Positions 48,237-59,259 of a stretch of 64,000 nucleotides of DNA are shown here, piece by piece. The notes beneath the pieces are model-generated. The model was not told where the DNA came from and ran no database searches. It saw nothing but the letters and a program-made list of their open reading frames with translations. This stretch comes from Amphiscolops sp. MND2022 (taxonomy: Eukaryota). Position numbers and translations under genes: made by a program. Position 1 is the stretch's first letter. Each line of letters begins with the position of its first letter. Location: NCBI GenBank assembly GCA_964187785.1, contig OZ076409.1:57910001-57974000 (forward strand), given 5' to 3'.

Positions 48237-49863
48237 TCTTTTTCACCAAGTTTTTCAAAGCATTGATTCCTTGATGGACGTCGTGAAATTTTTCAATCAC
48301 TTGTTTTCGGCATGTAATTGGTATAAAAACTCTCGATCCATTATATATCAAGTCACTTTGTACTGTTAATGCATTTGAAACATTCAAAAAAGGTTTCTCC
48401 ATTTTGGTACAGTTTTTCCAATTACCGGTTCGGATTCGGTTCATCATCCGTTTTGAGAACTCATTCGATTGCATCTCTTTCCGTAACTTCTCGGCATCAA
48501 TCACGGGTTTCTCAAATGTAGCCATTGCTACCGCAACTAAGTCGTCTTCATCGTCTTTGAACCGTAAGCGTGACATTGCATCGGCATGACCAATATCCTG
48601 ACCGGGAGTGTATTGTACATCATAGTCATAGGCAATGAGGGTTATTGCCCATCGCGCAAGTCTCGCTGATACAACTTTCGGTATCTGGTTGCTCGGATTG
48701 AAGATATACTGTAGTGGCTTGTGATCTGTTCTAAGAGTGAACTTCCTCCCCAATAAAAATTGTCGAAGTCGTGTCACTGCGAATAATACAGCAAGCGCTT
48801 CCCGTTCAATGTAGCTGTATTTCTGTTCTGCCGATGTCAAGTTACAAGATATGTAGATAACCGGGTGATCATTCTGCGTCAATACACCATCAATGGTTTT
48901 TTCGGATACATCAGTTGTTAGAGTTACTTCTTTGTCCAATGTGTACGGTTGTACCAATGGTTCACATGTAAGCTCATCTACCAGTGACTGGAATGCCCTT
49001 TGACATTCATCGGTCCACGTGAAAGGTTTATCTTTTCGCCGGAGTTCATTTATACACCGCGTCTTGGCTGCATAGTTTGGAATCATTCGCCCAAAGTAGT
49101 TGATAGGTCCGATAAAAGCTTCAACTTCTTTGACATCCTTCGGTGGCTGCAGTTGAAGAAGTTTTTGAACGTGCTTCTGTTCCGGCTTTACTCCTTCCGA
49201 TGAATTTTCATAGCCCAAAAAGGAAAACGTTGTCGAGAATGATACGCACTTGTCTTCATTCACGGTGAAGTTCTTTGCTGCCAGCCGTTCTTTGACCGCA
49301 TTGTATCTTTTCCGGAGTTCGGCCTCGGTTACACCGAACAACAAGATATCGTCTTGATATGCGACGCAACCATCCAGTCCTTTGAGCACTTCTTCGATAG
49401 CTTGTTGGAAAATCGCCGCTGCATTTTTCAATCCTTGTTGTAACCGGGTGACTCGAAATAGGCCTCGGGTTGTATTCACTGTACACACATATTGCGATTT
49501 TTCATCAAGTGGCATTTGCCAATAAGCATTAGATAGATCAATTTTTGCAGAGAATTTAGCGCCTGAGACTTTTGAGAAATTGGTTTCAATACAAGGGAGG
49601 GGGTAGGCTTCGGTACTAATTTTATCATTTACGTGTACTTTATAGTCAGCACACATTCGTAGTTTATCACCTTTTTTCACCCACACAACCGGGGAACAAT
49701 TATCTACACCACCGGCTTCAACCGGTTCAAGAATTCCCAACAACAGTAATTCATCAATGGTTTTATTGACTTTCCGTTCAAGTGGCAACGGTACCTTCCG
49801 TGCCGCGCAAAACATTGGTTTAGCATCGGGTTTCAATTTAATGGAAGCTTTAGCACCTTTCAC
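48088..49863 (-). CDS. Reverse transcriptase / RNase H
   Basis: RMCADY, KIDLSNAYWQ, YQDD, TTDVS, EREALA, TDHKPL, ADAMSR. Confidence 0.93.
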   Translation of the reverse strand: MKGAKASIKLKPDAKPMFCAARKVPLPLERKVNKTIDELLLLGILEPVEAGGVDNCSPVVWVKKGDKLRMCADYKVHVNDKISTEAYPLPCIETNFSKVSGAKFSAKIDLSNAYWQMPLDEKSQYVCTVNTTRGLFRVTRLQQGLKNAAAIFQQAIEEVLKGLDGCVAYQDDILLFGVTEAELRKRYNAVKERLAAKNFTVNEDKCVSFSTTFSFLGYENSSEGVKPEQKHVQKLLQLQPPKDVKEVEAFIGPINYFGRMIPNYAAKTRCINELRRKDKPFTWTDECQRAFQSLVDELTCEPLVQPYTLDKEVTLTTDVSEKTIDGVLTQNDHPVIYISCNLTSAEQKYSYIEREALAVLFAVTRLRQFLLGRKFTLRTDHKPLQYIFNPSNQIPKVVSARLARWAITLIAYDYDVQYTPGQDIGHADAMSRLRFKDDEDDLVAVAMATFEKPVIDAEKLRKEMQSNEFSKRMMNRIRTGNWKNCTKMEKPFLNVSNALTVQSDLIYNGSRVFIPITCRKQVIEKFHDVHQGINALKNLVKKNALAVYGQRYRTICQKLSRMQQKPTETDRFYRQMGRMRSVGKTAYGLAL

Positions 49864-49911
49864 TGTTTGTAACTTTTCGGATACTTCTGCTTTGAAGCAC
49901 CGTTCAATGGA

Positions 49912-51102
49912 CTATTTGCAATTATTCATTATATCACGTCCCAATAAACCAAAATTTCTATCAGCATCAACAACAGCAATGTTTACATTAAGCTCTTTGT
50001 TATTATAAAACACTGTTGAGAAGAAAGCACCAAGATATTTCATTTTATGTTTGTCATATGTTTCAATTCCCGTGTTCTTTTCTTCAAGTTTCGGTTGTCC
50101 AATCTGCTTCCACAGCTTTTTTGAAATCAGCGTCAGTGATGCTCCAGTGTCTTTCATCATTGGTATTTCTTTACCATTCACTTTGATTTTCTCCATTGTA
50201 CCATTCTTGATATAGTCGGTATGCCCAATAAAATACGAATAATCGGAGTTGCTGCCATTGTTTTCTTTGATATTGGGGTCTTTTCCAACAAAATGGTTTG
50301 CTTGTTTCTTCACCCGACACACTTTTGCGAAATGGTTCGGCTTCTTGCAGTTGTTGCATGTTTTGCCGAAGGCCGGACAACTCCTTGGTTCATGCCTCGT
50401 TCCGCATTTCGGACATTCTTTGGCTTTGTGGTGGATGCCGGTTGAAATTTTGCCATTTCCGGTTGTCTTCTTTCGTAAGTGACCGTTCCGCGCAAATGAA
50501 ACTGTTTCATTCGGTTCGTTCTGTTTGTTCACGAACTGTACGGTTTGTTCACGCTGCTGAATAACCAACAAAATGTCGTCTATTGTAGCGTCTGGGTTTT
50601 GTTGAAGATGTTCCAACACTTTTAATTTGTGTTCGGAATTTTGTAATCCAGCAATAAAACGTAACCGTATCATGTACGCTTCGGGATCAGCGATCGTTTT
50701 CAAATTACCGAACTCGCAATATCGTGCTGCTTCCTTCAGACGTGCCAGAAAATCTCCCGATGATTCTCCATTCCTCTGGGTAATAGCCACGAATTTTGTT
50801 TGTTCGGCAATAACAAATCTTTTTCTAGGGTGCAGGTAATTTTATAACACCGTTTCAATTTCATTGAAAGCCATTGTTTCCACCTTTGTCGGTGCAACAA
50901 GCGATTTGACTTTCATAAGACTTTCCACACCGCAACGGAAAAGAAATTGATCCGTTACTTGTAAATCGGCCGGTGTTGTTCCAGCTGCCGGTACATCTGC
51001 TTTCTTTTCGGACCGACATCGCGCTTTGAATGCGTCTATCCAGGCTAGAGCAGCTTCGGGTTCGTGCAGATTGAGTTGCTTTTTTGTCTCGGTTGCTTGC
51101 AT
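49912..51102 (-). pseudogene. gag-protease, same frame as pol, with in-frame stops at 50842 and 49912
   Basis: Two zinc knuckles (CPKCGTRH...C and CNNCKKPNHFAKVC) and the aspartic protease motif DTGAS. Confidence 0.88.
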
Positions 51103-51236
51103 TTCAAAATTTCCACCGAACGAACTGAATATAATCTTCTCCCTTTCAATTGAAACGAAATAACGGTAAGAAATCTTCTGTTTCTTTAGCAATCAATTTT
51201 CAAATTTAAAGGAATTTCGGTGGTCTGGACACCATT

Positions 51237-51546
51237 TGACGTAAAGTGGTTTGAAAAGATTTTGTTTTAAACTCAGTTCAATTCAGGTTCTCGTTTTATT
51301 TCTTTATGGTCCGTACAATACAGTAAAATAATATTCAAATTAATAGTTTACACCAGTTAAAATACAAGTCTATTATGTAAGAGTTTACTTGAGTTCTTTC
51401 ACCGGTCATCGGTAACGCATATTGAAAGTTTCCATTCTTCGGTGTTATGTAACCGAATCGCGGAGCCAATGAAATTGAAGTAGCTTCTTCAATAACGAAC
51501 GGTAGATGTTTACCGAATAACAGCAAGTGACGATGACGTCACCACA
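51237..51546 (-). repeat. 5' LTR
   Basis: Matches 46979-47288; PBS adjacent. Confidence 0.95.
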
Positions 51547-51551
51547 CAATC

Positions 51552-51890
51552 ATACACAATCTATGCGCAAGTCGGTCCAGCACCACCAGCTTGCCTTTAC
51601 GTTACTTCGTAACCAATCAGAAAGAACTTATAGTCGAATGGTGGACCAAGTTTTACCCATTCTACCAAACGCTGTGTCCAGCCGTTTACTCCCGGATTTT
51701 GAGCAGGCCCCCATGATCACCTTCAAACTTCAAAAGCTTCTTTCCGTCTGCATAACTATCTGGTTGCTTTTTCCAATTGTGCCAAAGTTTCACCAGAAAA
51801 CAACAAACTAGGCTCAAACAAAACATGAAAGTCAACCTGAATAGGTTTGAGCAATTCAATGCCTTCTTTGAAAAAAAAGAGAGGTCCCTT
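51552..51890 (+). pseudogene. MULE transposase relic (3' continuation)
   Basis: SYTIYAQ...LLRNQSERTY...DFEQA...GCFF motifs. Confidence 0.6.
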
Positions 51891-51902
51891 CATGTTAGTT
51901 GT

Positions 51903-53700
51903 TGTTACGACTATTTATCGGGGTGATTTTACGATTAGTCGCAGTTGTTTTATTTTTGATTCGTGTTGAAGTTGCATTTTCCGGGATATTTTCGGATTCA
52001 GAATCTGTTTCTTCAGTAGCAGTTATGACGGTCTGTTTTTTAACAGGAGGAACTATTAGTTTTAGCATCTCCTTTTGATTTTCAGCTAAGATTTTAGTAA
52101 GATCAGACATGATCTCTTTCCTCAGTGAAGACTTGATTTCCTCTAGATTTTCAGCGAGCGAGTACCCTAGGAGATTTACTCGTTCACGCTACGGGATTTA
52201 GGTTTTGGTTAGTCTCAGGTATTGGGGTCTCCATTTCGGTAGAAACTAGTTCTTCAACAGCTTTTCTCTTCTGACTTCTAGTAGTCATTTTTAGGCAGAG
52301 CAAGAGAGTGATTGTTCTTTGGAAAACTTGAATTCTTCAAAGAAATATGGTTTTCAAAACGAAGTATTAACGGAGTAGATTAGGAAACAGATTAAACAGA
52401 TTTACAAATCCTTAGGTATATATACTTTCACAGCATCATTTGTTCCTCACCTAAAAATTCCTAGGAATCCTTAAATCAGTTTTGTTCATCAAAATTGCTT
52501 AATCATCCTTATTATTTCAACCTTTCAATTAATTGTTCACGATTTAAAATTCCTAGTTACGGCTCCCTTACGGAGTACTTTGTTGAAATCATTTTTGTTC
52601 ATTGTCATCATTTCCGGTTTGATCGCGGAAAAAGGCGGCAAAATGAAAGTCTAGTTGATTTTCATCGAGAAAGGCACGCTGGTGTGATCAATGATTCATC
52701 TCGAGACTAGTAAAATCGTCTGTTCACGATAAAAGAATGACAAGCAAAACTGACTACGGAAATATCTCGGAGTGATTTTGGATAAATGTGCTGAGAATAT
52801 TTTGAAAAGAACAAATGATGCTGGAAAACGGTTAATATCGATCAAGAGCTGAGATAGCAACCAACACAAAATCATTTTGAGCTTCTGAACTAATTTTACA
52901 TGTATTGGAACATAATGGTTTGATTAATACAAATCAGTGGCTCATCTAGCCCAAAGAACATAACATAATAAATGTACAAAACATCCTTTTCCGAAATGAA
53001 GGAAAGCACCTTTTCTTTTAATGATTTCCTTTGTTTTAATCTGTAGTACGATCATTTTTATTAGGTATTAAACGGGAACAATTCGGAAAGGTATTATTTT
53101 AATGTTATGATATTTTGAACATTCCTTTTCGGTTCCGTATAGCATAAGGAGTATCTTGATGTATTACAACAATTGTGATCTTGTAGCATTTCTTTTTAGT
53201 TGTCCTGTATGTATTAACATTAGGCATAACCTTTTCATTTCACAATTTGCTCCGTAAGCGCTCCGTACGTATTAAGATTAGGTATAGCTTCTTCGCATTA
53301 CAATTTGCTCCGTAAGCGCTCCGTACGTATTAAGATTAGGTATAGCTTCTTCGCATTACAATTTGCTCCGTAAGCGCTCCGTACGTATTAAGATTAGGTA
53401 TAGTTGAGCAGTGCTTGCTTGCGGAGACAGAGCGGACAGCGTTAACAAATTCATTCTTATTCTCTCGCTCAATTGGCGTTGCTATGGTAACTAGGGATGG
53501 TGAAAGACGACGCTATTGGTCCGTAAAAATAGAAACATCTACTTTTCAATCAAGCTTAGTGACGCTGCCATTACGTTGTAAATATTCTCTTAAGTTGCTT
53601 AACTGCATTCTTAAGTGGATATTCACAACTAATCAATCATTGGAAAACAATTCCACCATTCTCTTTGTATGTTCTTTCATTTTAGATTGTATGAATTCCG
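51903..53700 (-). repeat. Candidate 3' LTR (or solo LTR) of the second gypsy element; inner boundary unresolved
   Basis: Abrupt junction TGTTACGA at 51903 truncating the MULE relic. A gag-N-terminus-like minus-strand frame (MTTRSQKRKAVEEL...MSDLTKILAENQKE...INSRN) runs to the junction. The partner LTR is not in the window. Confidence 0.4.
53242..53403. repeat. Tandem repeat, ~2.8 x 58 bp
   Basis: Unit ACAATTTGCTCCGTAAGCGCTCCGTACGTATTAAGATTAGGTATAGCTTCTTCGCATT. Confidence 0.9.
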
Positions 53701-53998
53701 TTGGGACCTCGGAATTGAATTTCATTTTGATGTTTTCGTTTTAGTGTGGAAAAGAAAAGGGTCCCAAAGTTAAGAATGTTTTTACTTTGTTATTTAGATT
53801 CGTATGGAATTTTCAGTTGACGAAACCGGAAGTAACGGAACGGTTACGCATGAAAACCTTATACCGGAAGTTTCGTTCTGTCTAAAATCACTTTTGAATA
53901 TTTTGCTTATCGCATTCATTAGACTAAAATCCTTTTGTTCTGATTATTTGCTCGTACTACAGTTAAACAAAGGTAAGTGATCAGTTAAAGTTTTTTAC

Positions 53999-54649
53999 CT
54001 AGTTTTGCGGGGTATTGCCATGTCCTCGGCCTCTTGCGAACTTCGGAATTCCTCCGCAACAGGAAAAATCCCGACCGGGAGCGGGTCGTGACAGGGCGCC
54101 TCTATAACTTGTTGACCACGGCCTGGGGCAATGTGGGATCTCTCTGGCAATTAGTACAGGCTGCTTTCGTGCTCTTTTGATTCTCGCAGAGGTAAATGAA
54201 TTCCCTCTACCGGCGGTGCAGTAGTAGTCATCTGTCAAAGACAGTCCGTGAGTCTCTTCTATTTCTTTGATGGAAGGCTCATCTAGATCATTTAACTTCT
54301 CAGTCTTTGACGGGGGAGCGTATTCCTTTTCGTTTGTGATGTCGGCGAGTATAGGGGCACGGGTCAGTTCGGGCATCTCTCGAGATGAGTCCGGTTCTTC
54401 GTAGTAGTCTTCCGAATTTTCTTTCTGATAGGACTCGACGATAAAAGCTTCTTCCGTATCTGACTCGAAAGTCGATACTGATTCTTGGGTAGAATTAAGG
54501 TCTGCCTCACTTCCTCGCCATACTTCTACAGAGGAATCACTCAAATTGAGTCTTCCCACCATGTTTAAGGGTAGGGTTTTGATCGGTGTACTATATCTGT
54601 GATTTTCTTCATCCGAAGAGATGTCAATGACAAGGGCATAGTTGTCCAT
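53999..54649 (-). CDS. Hypothetical acidic protein (216 aa), same strand as pol
   Basis: ATG-started open frame. N-terminal LVIDISSDEE, acidic middle, basic RIKRARK patch. Confidence 0.55.
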   Translation of the reverse strand: MDNYALVIDISSDEENHRYSTPIKTLPLNMVGRLNLSDSSVEVWRGSEADLNSTQESVSTFESDTEEAFIVESYQKENSEDYYEEPDSSREMPELTRAPILADITNEKEYAPPSKTEKLNDLDEPSIKEIEETHGLSLTDDYYCTAGRGNSFTSARIKRARKQPVLIAREIPHCPRPWSTSYRGALSRPAPGRDFSCCGGIPKFARGRGHGNTPQN

Positions 54650-55204
54650 TTTTCTTTTAGCGATTTTTGTCTAAATCTTGAAGAATTAATTCTGGGTAGG
54701 CTTTTCTTTACGTTTATTGTACGGCAAATGAAGAGGTTAATTTCTCCTTATTCGTGTTTTTCCTGTGTTCCTATTGGTTGATATTTTCTTCTTATTTCAG
54801 TTCGTTTTATCTTCGGAAAGCGTTTTACTTCCATCTGCGCTGTGATTGGCTGAACCGAATAACTGAAGTTTCTAATTTTGAACCTCGTCATGCTGTCATC
54901 AATTTCTTTCCGGTGGTGATTCGTATGACGTCATAATTTAGAAAAAGACTTGTTTTCCTTTTAGGACATTCAACTAATCAGATTTATTTTTTGGTTTTCC
55001 TTTGTTTTGGGAGTGATATGGTCTTATCAGTGCTTCATCAGGCTTGTGTGAAATAAGATGAATGGCGTATTTTTCCTTTTCTTGGTCGTGATTAAATGAT
55101 CTTGGATTCTTTTCTTATTTTTATCTTCCGGAGCGTTCTCGTTGCTCTTCTCTTGTTTGACCTGTTGTTTTCTTTTAGATTGCTTCTGAAGATTTTGCTC
55201 TCTT

Positions 55205-58200
55205 ATGGAAGACGAAGGAGCCGGGCAATCCTCTACCGTACCACGTACGGGTTTCTTCAGTGGAAATGAGACAAACTTCGAGTATTCCGATGACGATATT
55301 CTTCCGGAAGCTGTCTCTTCTGCCTCAGGTTGGTAAAATCGTTCTGTTTTCCATGGGTATTTGGACTATTTGATTTTGGTGATCAGCCTTTATAGTCTTA
55401 CCCGTAACTCTGACGCGTCAAACCAGATCTTGATTTTCAGTAACTCAACCTGTCTCAACTTCAGCTGCCATTACTTGTGTGACTTCCACAGCTGTAGTTG
55501 TCTCCAGTTCTTCCGTGTTGCCTCCGGTTTCGAGTGTTCTAACTGTTCGTGCTACTGTCAATGATGTATTGACTTCCGCGCTTAGCGCGTCTGAATCTGG
55601 GCCTTCATCTGGGCTTTTTCTTTCTTGCTCCGCTGAAGATCCGACGACTGCCAGTGTTGATCCTGTTGGGGGTCAACCTCGTGTTTCAGATCCTGCTCTT
55701 TCCCCTACTGGTGGCTCGGATAGTGAGTCTCAAGGAGGTGAGACTGATGCCCCCGTCGATCGAGAAACAGGTCAGTGTATTCTTATTTGCTGTTTGTGTG
55801 AGAGGCTGTATTTCTTTTCTTTTATGGTATATCTGTGCATGTAAGTTTTTCTTTTGGAATATTTTTCCGTTAGTTATACGGATGTTGTGATGTTTTAGTT
55901 TCTCCGCCTGTTGCTGGTCGTAAGATGGTGGTGAAATTTAAAACTCCTCCAAAGAAGCAAAAGTTGATCTCTCCTGAGGAACCTCCGAGTTTTGATTATG
56001 GTGTGACTGCTGGATTTGATTCCGAAGGGACCGGGTTGTTGGCGATGAGTCCCGATTATCTTTTGGAGTGGAGTCGTCATATAGTGGAAGAAGTTGATAC
56101 CCGTACCTCGCAAACAATCCAGAGTGGTAAGTAGTCATTTCGGGCTGGGTTTTTATGACTTTCATTTTGGTCTGTTCTTTCTTTCGTCTTCTTTTTTTTT
56201 GTGTTGTTTTCCAAGCTCGTTCTGTATTTTTGATGGTCCGTGAAGTTGCCGTTTCGTGAGTGTTACTGGTGTTGTTCTAGGTATCAGCAAGTTAGTTGAG
56301 AAAGTGGACGATCGTTTGGGGAAGAAAAAGACCAGAAAGTACAGCAGTCGCAACGATTTTCACAAAAGAATGTTGGGGTTGCATTCCGCATTTCCTTCGT
56401 TTGTGTCTGGTCCCAAGAATGGCCAAGTGACACACTTCTTCTGCAAGGTGTGTAAACGGGACGTGGCTATGAAGGCTCATGGATCGGGCGAATTCATCCG
56501 ACACTTTGGCTCTGATGGACATTGGTATCGCGATGTAACCTATCGTGTTCATATGGGATTGCCTGTGTTGAATCGTCTTCTTGAGCCTATGGAGTTGTCA
56601 GATAGTCAGATGGCAGAGTATCGAGCACGTCCCTTTGTTGATTTGGCCGAGGGTTATCCGTTCCCCGAGGAGTTAATCCCCAAGCATTGTCAAGTAAAGT
56701 CGAGAGTTCCGTTCATGACCCTCGTATCCTGCTTTTGTGACTTGCTCCGGAGTGGTGGCGATCTTACTTTGCTGCGCCGCATGTGGGGTCATTTCTGTGC
56801 TTCGTTGGGTGATCGGAAAACCGAGTATTCCATGCAGTGGAGCCGTTCCGAGACTGTGGTGAGTATTATTTGGTTATGGAGTAGTAGAAGTATATCGTAT
56901 GTCAGTGAGGAGTTACTTTTCCTTCTCTTTTTTTTTCTAAGAGGTTTGCATTTCAGTCCTTCGTGTGTCAAGGCCTTGCTCCGCGAGTTATCCGTTTGCT
57001 TCTGAGTGGGATCACAAAGTTTAAAGAGTATTCTATACAGTTCGAGAAGGAAGATGATGCTGAGTTTTGCTTTGTGGTCTGGTGGGAGGACGATCATCTA
57101 AAGAAGGTGTGCATCAGTGTGGAGTCCCTTGATCAGGCGTTGCCCGATGCTGAATTGGTTCCTCTTTCTCTCGTGATTCACAGTCTGGATCCTCCTCACT
57201 TTCCGTTGTGTATCCGTGGTGCAAGTCCTACGCTGGTTCGTGTGCTTGGCAACGTACTTCCCGATGGTAGGGATTTTGTGGTCCACGAGCGTTTCACTAG
57301 TGAGGTGTTCCTAGAGTGCTTCCGTCGGGCGCACCAGAATATTTTCGGGATGCTAGAGGTCGTGACTGCAGTGGAATACATTGTGTTGCTGATGCGCAGT
57401 GCTCTCCATGATACGTGGACTGAAGGGAAGACAGTGTTGCGCCGTTGCATACGCAAGGGTTCCGTTCCTTTTGAGGATTTGCTTCCTGTTGTGGACGATA
57501 TAGTTGGACTGTGGGCAAACATTCGTCCCTTCGTTCGTTATACAGGGTTGCCACATGTTAAAGAACGGGTTGACAGCGTTAGTATTTCATCCATAACTTT
57601 TGGCAATTTTCTCTTTTGTCGTTCCTGTTCTTGGAAGTTTGTTTTGTTGTTACTAGATGCGCGGTGCAGATTGGAATATAATTGCAGATGGTATGATTTT
57701 ATACAAGTTTGGACTTCTGCGATTGGTACTCACCACATGTAAGTGTTGATTTTTGCGTTCTTCTCTTTGCCATTGCCTGTTACGGATTGTGTTGGAGTTC
57801 TTGCTTGATTTCGACTGTTTCTGAGTGGAGATGTTAATTGTATTGTTTGCCGAGTCATGTCCGCTTTTAATTTGACCTTTGATTATCTGTAACTATCCCG
57901 CTTGTATGATCTTCTTGTGTGTGTTTCAGTTCGTAACAATTTCGTGAAGTTCTTTGGGCAGCGTGATGATTACGATTTCTGTTGTTACGGGGGAATCTGT
58001 AACTTTGTGTATTGCTTGCTGCTGAAAACTCGATCCACAGACGGACTTCCTGGCATTCATGAGTGGGAGAGTTACATGGACATTGAGAAAATTGGTGGTT
58101 TCCCTGCTATATAAGCTGATGCGTTCCTTGTGAACTGCGAATTGGGCCAGGAATTGTTGAAAGGCAAGACAAGTGAAGTACAGGAATTCCGTGTTAATTG

Positions 58201-59078
58201 CCGCAAGTTTCTCGATGAGTTGATTCGGGAGATTGTTTTCCATCGGAGCGTTTCTTCTGGAGTTTCTCGTGGTCTTTACTGCTTTGGTCCCGAGATTCTG
58301 CTTGATGGGGATGGCGATAGTATTTTTGGCCTGTTTGCTGGTCTTTGCAAAATATTAGTTGACTGCGGAGTGCTGCCGTTGGGATCTTCGAGTGCCGCAG
58401 TTGATGAATTCTACAGTTATGTAGTAGAAAAACGTCGCCAGAATGCCGGGAGTGATCGATCAGGAAATGCAGTATTTGATGTTATGGCTTTTTTTGCTGG
58501 GCGATTATTCCTTCCAGTCACGTCACAATGTCTTGCGAATATTCAAACTGTGTTGTTTGATTGTGAGTTCTGGCCGGAGCCGTTATCCTTCCGTGTTGTT
58601 GGAGCTTCCTGGTAGCGCATTGGATCAAAAGGCTGTAGATAACTGTGTCAGGATGGTGCAGTCTTATGTGTTGAGTCCAGGCTATGTCCCGAAGTTATTT
58701 TTCACTGATTTGACATTGGATGCTGTACGGAGTGCTGTCGAGGATGCGGGCGTGTTTTATGTGACTGGCGATTTTGATGTGTGGAAGAACGTCTGTAGTT
58801 CCGGATTTGCTGCGTTTGTGTCTACTGTGAGTGCTTCGTTCTCAAAGGTGTTGTCGCGACGTCGAGAAGCCGAGGAAAAAGAGTATACGGAGTGGAATCG
58901 GGCGAATAGGCAGACTCAGATTGACCGTCGAGCTGGCTCTAGTCGCAATGAGAGCGGCGGGAGTATTGCAGCCAAACCCAAGAAGGCAGCGGCAAGTGGG
59001 TCAAAAGGAGGTGGAGGGTCTAGCTCTAAAGGTGGATCGTCGAAATCTGGCAGTAAAAAGAAAACCGGCCAAGAATGA
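55205..59078 (+). CDS. Spliced BED-zinc-finger / hAT-transposase-like gene (7 coding exons; one nonsense codon and one frameshift in the last exon)
   Basis: Exons 55205-55328, 55441-55770, 55899-56126, 56281-56858, 56957-57577, 57657-57738, 57930-59078, joined by GT-AG introns with consistent phases. FFCKVCK...HFGSDGH finger. TAA at 58112; poly-T frameshift at ~58490. Confidence 0.7.
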
Positions 59079-59259
59079 TGCTTATCAAGGTGTTTATGAT
59101 ACCCTTAATAGATCATCTAGTAGCTAGGGTTGTTCTGTTTAGACTCTGCAATTCTGTAATTTTCATGCATTTGTTATGCTACTCTTGTTATGATTGTTTT
59201 GTAGTTTAGAAATTAACGTTACCATCCCGGTTCGGCTTGGTCAACTTGATCGTTTTCAT

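Larger units (their letters stand above)
46979..51546 (-). mobile_element. Full-length Ty3/gypsy LTR retrotransposon (Mag-like), mildly decayed
   Basis: 310-bp TG...CA LTRs, 5-bp TSD CAATC (46974-46978, 51547-51551), PBS TGGTGTCCAGAC next to the 5' LTR, PPT AAAAGAGAGGA next to the 3' LTR. Confidence 0.95.

Noticed and set aside
53242..53403. Possible CRISPR-like array
   Set aside because: Head-to-tail identical units with no unique spacers, in a eukaryotic context with no cas genes.
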